The translations under genes were made by a program, and so were the position numbers. A stretch of 64,000 nt of DNA from Octopus sinensis (taxonomy: Eukaryota): positions 1,426,001 to 1,490,000 of the forward strand of contig NC_043015.1 in the NCBI RefSeq assembly GCF_006345805.1, in the 5' to 3' direction. Positions 53,690 through 64,000 of this stretch are shown here, in pieces. Position 1 is the first letter of the stretch, and every line of letters begins with the position of its first letter. The notes beneath the pieces were generated by a model. The model made no database searches. It was not told the DNA's origin and saw only the letters and a program-made list of their open reading frames with translations.

Positions 53690-54240
53690 TGGGTAAGGGA
53701 ATAAGTCGATTACATGGACCCCAATGTTCAACTGGTTCTTGCTTTATCGATCTCGGAAGGATAAAAAGCGAAGTCGGCCTTGGAAGAATTTGAACTCAGA
53801 ATGTAAAGGCTGACGAAATGCCGCTAAATTTTATGCCTGAAGCGCTAACGATTTTTCTACTCTAGGTACAAGGTCCGAAATTTTGGGGGAGGGGCCCAGT
53901 CGATTAGATCGGCTCCAGTATGCAACTGGTACTTAATGTATCGACGCCAAAAGCTAAAAGGCAATGTCGACTGCTGTGGAATTTGAACTCAGAACGTAAA
54001 GACAGATGAAATACCTATTTCTTTACTACCCACACGGGCCTAAACACAAAGATGACAAACAAGAACAGAAAAACGGATTAAGTCGATTTTATTGACCCCA
54101 GTGCGTAACTGGTACTTATTTAATCGACCCCGAATGGATGAAAAGCGAAGTCGACCTCGGTGGAATTTGAACTCAGAACGTAACGGCAGACGAAATACCG
54201 CTAAGCATTTCGCCTGGCGTGCTAACGTTTCTGCCAGCTC
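53690..54240 (-). mobile_element. Two tandem SINE A copies (~53690-53850; ~53855-54240 internally duplicated form)
   Basis: The GGAATTTGAACTCAGAACGTAA body is repeated, and the block ends GCTAACGTTTCTGCCAGCTC. Confidence 0.85.
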
Positions 54241-54795
54241 CTTGTCTTTCCCTTATGAAATATCAAGCCACGAAGACCATAATATCCGTTTAGCTTCTCG
54301 AGAGTGCAATACATGACGCAATGATTCGATATAAATAACATCCCTTCCTCACCATCATCTCACTCAAAACCCTTAAATAAATTATAATTAACACAAATTC
54401 AAAAATTAAATAACGCTTGTAATTTTTTTTTTTTTTTTGTATTTTTACAGACTTTCCTTCGTTATTTTCGGAAATTTTATAAATTTCTGCCAGAGAGACT
54501 TTAAAAAGTATTTGAGAGAAACAAACTTTCTAGAATGCAACCATCACTCTAGGGATATATTTTCCAAGATGTATATAGGCAATATTATGTATGTATATGA
54601 AAAACAAATAAAATGATGTAGATATGTCTTGACAATATCACAATATATAAGTCCCGACGGAACAATCATTCTAAAGGAAAAGATTGATATACACTTATGA
54701 TAAAGAAATAAATCGATATCTCTCTGTCTATCTGCATCATCATCGGACTATTTTAGGTATGGTACGATTCTTTATATAAGTGTGTGTGTCTGGTG

Positions 54796-54847
<52 letters not shown>

Positions 54848-54876
54848 ATATAATATATATGTTATATATGTATGAG

Positions 54877-54907
<31 letters not shown>

Positions 54908-55196
54908 TTAAAGATATATATATATAGTGTAATATGTATATATATTCTTATATACGTATATATATATGTTATCAGTATACATATATGTTTATATATATGA
55001 GTGTGTATGTATATGCAATGTTATGTGTATGTGTGTGTGTCTTATATAGTGTTTGTGTGTACGTATATGAGTTTGTGTAACATCACTCTCACTTTTACGT
55101 GTGTATGTGGTGTTATGTATATATGAGCATATATATATACATATATATATATATATTATATGTAATGTATGTATATCTTAGTATATATATATTATG

Positions 55197-55236
<40 letters not shown>

Positions 55237-55810
55237 ATATAATAATATATATATATCGGGTGTGTATGTATATGCAGTATATATATATGTAGTGTGTGTT
55301 TTATATAGTGTTTGTGTGTACGTATATGAGTGTGTGTAATATTGCTCTCTCACTTTTACGTTATGGTACTCACGCCAAAAGACACACAAGCCTACATACA
55401 GGACAAGCATACAAGCAAACATTGATAGGTATAAGCTAGTGTACGTGTATCCACGTGCTTGCGTGTACGTGTATATATACTTGCAAACTTGCCCTTCTTT
55501 CATCTACTATACACATAAACCAAACACACACAGATATATATTATATATATAATATATATATAATATATATATATATAAATATATATATATACATGTATAA
55601 AAAATATATAGATATACATATATATAAATATATATATAATAGATATTTTATTATATATTATTTTTACATACAATATATATATATATATGTAATATATGTA
55701 TATATACATACACAAATGTTCATACATACACCTATATATGCATAAAGAAGCGTATATGACTTTCTCCTGCATACATATTTGTATAAATATATGAATATAT
55801 GGCTGTATGT

Positions 55811-55842
<32 letters not shown>

Positions 55843-56339
55843 CCAAAGACAAACACGCACATATACACGCATACACACATTTGATTGTGTGTGCATGTGT
55901 GCGTATGTATGTGTGCATGTGTGTATATACGACTCAGTTATTTCATTGTTTACCATAAAACGTCTCTGCGTACCTTCCAGTCAATAATAATGCAGTAGAG
56001 ATTGCAGTTAAACATATGATAGGCCTACACCTCTGAATGAATACCTACACCTCTAAGTATATACTTATATTTCATCTTCTTTAGCGTATGGAAAGCACCA
56101 GGTGACAACCGAGAAATTTCTTGAGAGATATGTTATAAGGATTCAAATAAAGATGTTCTACTCCCTAAAGAAAGAATACAAGTAAACGCTAGCTTAAGTA
56201 ATCGCTAGGAAATTGCGTAAGTTACCATTAACATCGGAGTGAGTGGGTTATATATTGGTTCTTGCAAAAGAAAGTCGAAACCTGATGCCCAGTGAACGTA
56301 ATAATTGCAATAATTTTGGCACTACTCAAAGTTTAGTGT

Positions 56340-56629
56340 GTGAAGGCACATGGCCTAGTGGTTAGAGCAGCGGACTCACAGTTGAGGGATCGCGGGTCCG
56401 AATTTCAGTCCGGGTGATGTGTATGTTTATGAGCGAATCACCTAAGCTCCACGTGACTCCGGCAGAAGCTAATGGCGAACTTCTGCTGACTCTTTCGCCA
56501 CAACTTTCACTCTTTCCTCCTGCATCTTGCAGCTCACCTGCGACGGACCGGCGGCCCTTCCAGATGTGGAACAACCTATACGCTAAGGAAACCGGGAAAC
56601 CAGCCTTTATGAGCCAGAAGGAACGAACT
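56340..56629 (+). mobile_element. SINE family C-like head/centre with the tail of the 2480 family-B copy, with TSD
   Basis: An 11-bp TSD AAGTTTAGTGT lies at 56329-56339 and 56630-56640. The tail reads CCTGCGACGGACCGG..GGAAACCGGGAAACC. Confidence 0.85.
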
Positions 56630-56721
56630 AAGTTTAGTGTAACAAACATTCTGTAAATATTCACTGTTGCTTTTAAACTACCTTCAAATTTTGATTCCAC
56701 ATCAGCAACTCCGGGATAGGT

Positions 56722-56875
56722 GTTAAGTCGATTACATCGGCTCCAGTATTCAGCTGGTACCCCTTTTATCGACCACGTAAGGCAAAGTCGACCTCGGCGA
56801 AATTTGAACTCAGAACGTAGGTGACGCTAAGCATATTGTCCGGCGTACTAACGTATCTGCCAACTCGACGCCTTA
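56722..56875 (-). mobile_element. SINE family A
   Basis: GCAAAGTCGACCTCGGCGAAATTTGAACTCAGAACGT..CTGCCAACTCGACGCCTTA. Confidence 0.82.
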
Positions 56876-58280
56876 AGCTATCTTCAAACATTAATTATAT
56901 TTTAACACATGGATACAATGTGAGAGAATTGACAAGACAATACGAACAATAGTATCGATAGATGCTGAATTTCACAGAAAATCTCACAGAGTTCTCAAAA
57001 AAACATCCTTTCTCTTATGCTCAACTGGATTCGTCTCTGTTCTCAAATGCAACCAAACAGTGTTAACATACACGAACACTCAAAATTTCACCACTTGGGA
57101 CTTGGGCTTTCATTAGCGTCTCTCTCCTGTATATTGTACTCGTATGCAATATCAGACATTAGTTAAAGCTAAAAACTGGAGATACCGTGTAACTGCGTAG
57201 CTCCGTATGTGTTTGTCAGTCTGTTTTATCTTTCTCTCCCTCCCTTCCTCCCTCTCTTTCTGTCCTTTCTCTCTATATATCTAATTTTCTATTCATTGGT
57301 TTCTTACTCTCTATATATAATTGCACATATGCATGCCTCTGTGTGTGTGTGCGTGAGTTTGTGCATGTGTGCACATTAGTATGTAAGTACATGTGCTTTG
57401 TATCTAAGTCATAGATGCACACACACACACACACACACACGCACACACACACACACACACATACACGCACATACACGCACACGCACATACACGTACACGA
57501 ACATACACGCACACACACTGATATTAAAATAAGGAACGCGTGTCCTTAATTCTCGCCGTCAAATCAAACAGCATGAAAAAATTCCTTCCAAACTAGAATC
57601 TGGGGGCAAGGAACCGCCCTTTATAGTGGAGATACAGTCGTCACAGGAATTACCTCTTGCTACCCGTATCATCATCGTCAATACTTTGAGTAGATACCTC
57701 ACTAAATTCAAATTATTTATTTATTCAATATTTGCTAACGTGTGCATGTATGTGACATGTGACTCCTTCTGCCCCACTCCACCCCTCTTCTCTCTCTCTC
57801 TCTCTACTGCTCTCCCTAGTGTATTTTTTGCAAAGGTTTGCGTGTGTGTGTGTGGGTGCATGTGTGTGTGTATGTGCCTGTCTGTGTGTACGTGTATGAG
57901 TGTGTCTGTGTGTACGTGTATGAGTGTGTGTGTGAGTACATGTATCTTTGAATGTGTGGACGGATGATGAAATCTGCTGCTTATTTTCCCTTTCTCCTCC
58001 TCCCCCTCCTCCTTTTCTTTTTCTTCTTCTTCTTCTCCTTCTCCTCATCCTTCTTCCTCTCCTCCTCTATCTTTTTCTTGGGGAAAGATTCATCATCATC
58101 ATCATCTTCAGCACCATCATCATAATCCTCATCTTCTTCATCATCATCATCAACATCGTCATCACCATCATCAACACCATCACCATCATTGTTATTTTAA
58201 GTATTATTATTATTATTATTGTTGTTGTTGTTTTTGTTATTTTTATCATTACCACTATTACTACAACTAATAAAAATTAA

Positions 58281-58343
<63 letters not shown>

Positions 58344-58761
58344 TAGAACTGATTAGATTTTGTGATTATGGATTATTTGTAATATTTACTTTACTTAACA
58401 TGATTACGATCTTATGTTGACTTTCAAGTCTTTCTCAATTATCTCCCTTTAGGCTGTTTACTAAATTTTATTTTCATTTTGTATTATTAATTTTATTTGC
58501 ATCTCTATCTTAGAAACTGATTGATAAAGAAATCAAACTACATAAACAAACGGCGACAAAACACTTTAGAAATTAAATAACACTAACATATGTTTATAAT
58601 ATATATATATCAAATATTATATATACATATTAACACTTTACAGTATACATATACATCGATCTAAAATAACAGGAATAGTAAAAGAAGTCCAGAATTTAAG
58701 AGAAATGAAGACCAAAATGTCTCACGCTATTCATTTAAAAATTCCTGAGTAGAACTTATTA

Positions 58762-59045
58762 TTATTACCTCCGCCTTTGAAACAATTTTGAATGGTGAAT
58801 TTGTTAATTTTCTACAGCCACCTTCACTTTCCATGATTACCGTTGGGATCGATAAGATACAGCACAAGGAATCTGGATTATTTTTCCGGTTTATTTTACT
58901 TGATTTTTGAGAGCGGTCGGGTTTATCTTTAGTATTCTCATATGAGAGGACAGTCGAGTTTATGTCGGATATTCTTGCTTTAAAAAATCTTCTGTGCCTA
59001 ATCTTTGAGAGGACGCTTTTGTCGCCTTGGCGGAGGTTTGAGCTT
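58762..59045 (+). mobile_element. Probable non-autonomous Helentron/HINE-type element
   Basis: Begins TTATTACCTCCGCC. The sub-terminal inverted repeat ACCTCCGCC (58767-58775) / GGCGGAGGT (59029-59037) and the T-rich insertion context fit. The family assignment is from recall of similar elements. Confidence 0.5.
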
Positions 59046-59255
59046 CTTCTTCTTCTTCTTCTTCTTCTTCTCTGCTTCTTCTTCTTCTTATTATTATTAT
59101 TTATTATTATTATTATTCTTATATTATATATTATTATTATATTATTGTTATTATTATTATTATTTTATTATTATTATTATTGTTCTTAGTATTATTATTA
59201 TTTTATATTATTATTATTATTATTATTATTATTATCATTATTATTATATATTATT

Positions 59256-59460
59256 AAGGCCGTGAGCTGGCAGAAGTGTTTGCATGGCGGGTGAAATGGC
59301 ATTTCGTCCGTCCTTACGTTGTGGTTACAAATTCCGCCGGGGTCGACTTTCTTTTCATCCATTCGGTTGGATGAAAAAAAATACAAGTTGAACGTTGGGT
59401 TCGATGTAAACGACTTAAGACCACCTCCGATATTGTTGCCCTAGTGTTAAGATTTGACTC
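59256..59460 (+). mobile_element. SINE family A, diverged
   Basis: AAGGCCGTGAGCTGGCAGAA..CAAATTCCGCCGGGGTCGACTTTCTTTTCATCC. Confidence 0.8.
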
Positions 59461-59843
59461 TTTCATTATTGTTATTTTTGTTGCAGTTGCTCTCATTACT
59501 GTTGCAGTTCTTGTTGCTCCTTTTCAAGCGCTGAATTGGCAGAAACATTAGACTACCGGAAAAAATGATTAGTAGCATGTTGGCCGGTATTCTTTTTTCT
59601 GGTCAACTGACGTCAATACAATTTTAGCATTTCATTCTAATATTGACTAGCCACCATTTCTCAGAATAAGTGAACTTAGTCCAGATTTGAAATTGTTAAT
59701 ATTATTATTCAGGACACTCTGTATTTAAATTGCTTTTCTTATAATTTTGCTTTCACTTTTTCTTTAAGAGTTCTTTCTCGTTTTAGTTTGCTGTCTTAAA
59801 GTGTATGTGCGCGTGCGTGCGTGCGTGCATGCGTGTTTGTATT

Positions 59844-59877
<34 letters not shown>

Positions 59878-59879
59878 GT

Positions 59880-60060
59880 CGATATCTCTACACAATTTTT
59901 CTCCGTGATTTTTATTCTCTTTCCTTTGTTTCCTTTTCATTTTTTCTGTCGATGAGCGTAGGACTCGAAACGTCGAAGATATTACCCCGTTCTTCACGAG
60001 CTTTAAACTGATACACCTGCTTCTTTTTCCTTCACCTGTTTTCGTATTTTACTTTGAACT
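59880..60060 (+). mobile_element. Short repeat family G, second copy, flanked on both sides by (TA)n
   Basis: Homologous to the reverse complement of 47910-48105, with a hammerhead-like motif at 59941-59979. Confidence 0.55.
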
Positions 60061-60949
60061 ATATATGTACATATATATATATAGATATATATATATATAT
60101 TATATATATATATATATGTAGGTTAATGTAGACTTCATAACTGCTGTTGAAGAAGAAACCCGCTCTGCCAGTAGTCTTTCTATACCAGACAGTCGAAAAG
60201 TATTGTTACTAATGACACGTCAATAATGTTGGTTCCCTGATACTTTATTCAATCTCTCTTTTATATTTCTGTTTTGCGGTGTGACGCATTTGCTACCATC
60301 TCTGGTAGCGGAATTTATTTCAATTAATAAGAAATTAATCTTGTAACATTACATGTATTTATTCGTCTTTCACGTCTATATATATATATATATATTTATA
60401 AGATATATATAGAGAGACATATACATATATACATACGTGTGTGTGCATGTGTGCGTATATTATATATGCACACACACACATATATATATATACAGGTACG
60501 GCTAGATACGCTCGACCCATGACGATTAACCCACACAGCTTTCAGCTCTAACGTTAATGGCGTACAATTCCCATCGTTGCTTGTTCACAGACGTTGTTCT
60601 ATTCTAGAGTGGGTGTATGACGTGATATGAAGAGCAAAGCAAAACTAGTATCAGAAAAGAATATAGGGATAACATGTTGCATGTGTAAGTATTCGACAGG
60701 ACATGACGTCATTTTACACAAGATCAATATGTTTTGCTCCATGTTTGCCCTCGAATCTGCACCTACTGGTTGCATCTGAATAAAAGTGCCTCAGAATGAA
60801 AGTATAACAAGTTATGCACATGTTCATTTCTCACTCTTATATATAAACATACGTACTTGTACATATATGCACACTTGCTTGCATGCACACACTAACGCAC
60901 ACTCATATACATTGTTTGTTTGATTTTGTTTTTGTTTTCCTCCTTTAGA

Positions 60950-61251
60950 AGGAACAGTTCTTTGTTCCTTCTCGAGCTACGCCTGGCTCATAAGGGCCGG
61001 TTTCCTTGGCATATAGGTTCCCCACCTGGACGGGACGCCGGTCCGTCGCAGGTCAGCTGCAAGATACAAGAGGAAAGAATTAGACAAAGCTGGAGCGAAA
61101 GTGTCAGCAGAAGTTCACCATTACCTTCTGCCGGACCCACTTGGGGCTTAGGAGTTTCGCTCCTAAAGACACACATCGCCTGGTCTGAGATTCGAACCCG
61201 TGATCCCTCGAACACGAGTTCGCTGCTCTAACTACTAGGACATGTGCCTCT
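60950..61251 (-). mobile_element. SINE, same subfamily as 56340-56629
   Basis: The reverse complement aligns along head, centre and tail. Confidence 0.85.
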
Positions 61252-61267
61252 ACTATATTTATATATA

Positions 61268-61412
61268 CCGGAGTAAGCACGTAAATGTGAAACAAGGTGG
61301 AAAAAAGAGTACTCAAATACCAGAAATATAACAAAAACTGTTACTCGGAGTTTCACGTTCCCGTTCGTCGGACAGTTTTGTTAAAAAGTCTTTGCTTCAT
61401 TTAATTAAAGTC
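61268..61412 (-). mobile_element. ~145-bp unit inserted in (TA)n, Penelope pLTR/retrozyme-like, hosting a hammerhead motif
   Basis: Unique sequence bounded by (TA)n on both sides and containing the fold at 61334-61379. The class assignment is inference. Confidence 0.55.
61334..61379 (-). ncRNA. Candidate minimal type I hammerhead ribozyme (U4C core variant)
   Basis: Minus strand: AAAACUGU (stem I) CCGACGA (core) ACG-GGAA-CGU (stem II) GAA ACUC-C-GAGU (helix III) A| ACAGUUUU (stem I'). Confidence 0.7.
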
Positions 61413-63329
61413 TATATATATATATATATGTGTGTGTGTGCGTCTGAAGAAGGTGCAACCGTTCACGTAGAGAAATAGGCCCAAAATGTATCTGCACATT
61501 ACACGTACAATCCGTAAGTGGAAAACCAAAGAATGCAAGTCTTTCCTAGCATTGCACATCTACATTTACCGTTTGTTGTTGCTGTCTAAATGCCACGGGT
61601 GGAGTTCATTAGGTTGCTCAGTTGGAAATCAACTCCCCACCTATAATGAAGTATTCTAATGAGCACAAGCAATATAGAAACATTCATATGGCGCCGAATT
61701 GACGGATTCATTACGGGGTCACTCAGAATGCTTTTATATGTTTTATTAGCGGTACGTGTTCAAATAACGCCGAAGTCAATATTGCCCCGTGAGATAGATA
61801 AATTGCTAATCTAGTATAAACGTTGATTTCTTTTTCTTTTTCGTTTCTTTTCTCTCTTCTTTCCCTGCCTTTCAGTCTTTTCAATTCGCGTTTTGTCTCT
61901 AAATTTAATGGGACCTGGAGAAAGATGGGTGCCGCCAGGGTTTAATGCTCGGGATTCGCTGTATCTCATGACGGCGCCCTTACGAATTCATCACGGTTTA
62001 AGGTCCCAAAGCAAGCCACGGCGTACACATTCTTATGAATACACACAGCTATTGGCATACTGATTCTCACACTCATACATACATACATACATACATACAT
62101 AAATACATACATACATACATACATACATACATACATACATACGTAAGTGCATACGGACATTCATACATGTATACATAGTAGTTATAGAATACGTATATTC
62201 ATACGCGTAAACATACATACACATACATACAAATACATAGACACATACACATATGCATATTGATGCCTTCGTGATGTGTGTAGTTAGGTGATGACACGGG
62301 TGGCGATGTATGAGAGCATAAATGCGTGTATATCTGTATGAGCATGTGGGGGTTTGGCTCATGTGCATATTACATATATTTTTCAGTGTGAGGGTGTGTA
62401 TGCATGTGCCTATATACACGTATTTGTGGAAATGTAGAGTAAAATGTGTCCTGTTTGTGTATACGTGAGCACATAGACACACAAACACACACATACACAC
62501 ACACACACACACATTTATGCATAAAATCATTCATACATACAGACGGACATACATATATACATACATACATATATACACACACACATATTTGTGTTCGTGT
62601 TGGTGGGTGCGTTTCTGCGTGTAGATATACGTGTTTATGTGTGTGGCCTGTGTTGTAGGTGCTTGTGTGTGTGTGTGTGTGCTTGTGTGTGAGTGTGTGT
62701 GTGTGTGTTTGTGTGTGTGCATGTGTGTCTATGTGTGTATGTGTGTTTATGTGTGTGGCCTGTGTGTATGTGTGTTTATGTGTGTGGCCTGTGTGTACGT
62801 GCTTGTGTGTGTGTATGTGTGTGTGTGAGTGTATGTGTGTGTGTTTGTGTGTGTGTGTTTGTGTGTGTTTTGTGTGTGCGTGTGTGCGTGTGTGCGTGTG
62901 TGTGTGTGTGTGTGTATCAGTGTACATGAACTACAAATGACGTATTTTTCTATTGAACTTGTTTGCTAAATCTGTCTCGCCTGATTAAATCACACGAGGG
63001 AGAGAATGAATATAAATAAATAAATAAATAAGGGAACCCTTTTTCTAGTGCCCCCTTTTGCATAAGGGGGTGGTTTGTTTCCTCTTACAGGAGCACTATT
63101 GCTGTTTTATATCTTTTTATATCTTTTTATACATTTTTATAGATTAAAAAAATTTTTTTTTTTTCTTTTAATTGCTGGTTTACATAGAAATTGTATGGAG
63201 AGGCAGAGACAGAGAGGAGACAGCAGAAGAGAGCAATCTTAACCCGTGCCGCACCCTAAAGAGGTGCGTGGAGACGCATTCTTACATCGAACTACACGCA
63301 CCGAACACAACACATACACATACATACAT

Positions 63330-63364
<35 letters not shown>

Positions 63365-63887
63365 TACACGCATATGTATGTATATATGTATGCATGTATC
63401 AGATGATTCTGCATGTGTGTGTGTATTTTGGTTTGTTTGTATGTATGTATGTATGTGTTAGTAACTTTGTCGTGCTTGCGTGTATATATATATATGTAAA
63501 ATAACAAAATAATAAATAAGACATATACATATACATACATGTATGTACATATAAATATATATATATATATACAAACATATATATATATCTGTGTTTATAT
63601 ATCTAAGTATGTGGCTGTATACGTATGCGACTAATGCACGTGTGTACGCCTGTGCATGCGTGCATGTGTTGTGTGTGTGTGTGTGTGTGTGTGTATACAC
63701 GCGTGTGTGTCTATGTGTTTATGTATGGATATGTCTGTGGTTGTGGATCGTGACTGTATAAAACATGAATATGTATGCGTCTTTATATGTATATGCATAC
63801 ATAATTGTATATGCATACATATATGTATGTGTGTATATTACTATGTAGACAGACATGATTGCACGCAGTATAACATATATACCAAAG

Positions 63888-64000
63888 TAGTGCGCTGGCA
63901 GAATTGTTAGCAAACCGCACAAAATCTTCACGCCACATACTTTCGGTTATACTTTCTGAGTTCAACTTCCAGTGATGCCGAATTTAATTTTACCACTTGG
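63888..64000 (+). mobile_element. SINE family A head, diverged, cut by window end
   Basis: GCTGGCAGAATTGTTAGC..TTCTGAGTTCAACTTCC. Confidence 0.7.

Noticed and set aside
63050-63075. GC hairpin CCCCCTT..AAGGGGG followed by T-rich sequence (terminator-like; CTAG nearby on the minus strand)
   Set aside because: A rho-independent terminator is meaningless in this context. The hairpin-to-CTAG spacing is too short and I found no Helitron 5' end.
3996-63965. The many ORFs rich in YIYI, HTHT, CVCV, LSIY, poly-I/L/T/S/D
   Set aside because: They are translations of dinucleotide, trinucleotide and tetranucleotide microsatellites that lack stops, with no domain content.

Overview
This is AT-rich eukaryotic (animal) DNA dominated by microsatellites ((TA)n, (CA)n, (GA)n, (TATC)n, (TTA)n, triplet mosaics) and short mobile elements. 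The repeat landscape resembles an octopus/coleoid cephalopod genome; this is an inference from my recall of the SINE families, not a database result. I find no convincing host protein-coding exon, and nearly all ORFs in the track are microsatellite or SINE read-throughs, so the window is probably intronic or intergenic. Supported elements: (1) a full-length but dead Tc1-like transposon with DD36E spacing (2808-4067); (2) an internally deleted maT/DD37D mariner; (3) a piggyBac-type MITE; (4) a 371-bp fold-back MITE; (5) two non-autonomous Helitrons carrying different internal segments; (6) four R4/Dong-type LINE fragments, two ending in (TAA)n targets; (7) an L1/Tx1 fragment; (8) more than 30 tRNA-derived SINE copies showing clear head/tail module shuffling. 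The most interesting signal is a set of ~150-200-bp units embedded in (TA)n that carry minimal type I hammerhead-ribozyme folds with variant cores. The best example is 61334-61379 (minus strand). A second family with a CUGUCGA core occurs at 48000-48037 and 59941-59979. These look like Penelope-type pseudo-LTRs or retrozyme-like elements. Several perfect or near-perfect fold-back structures are also present. SINE family labels A-D and G are my own local names. Boundaries of degenerate repeats are approximate.
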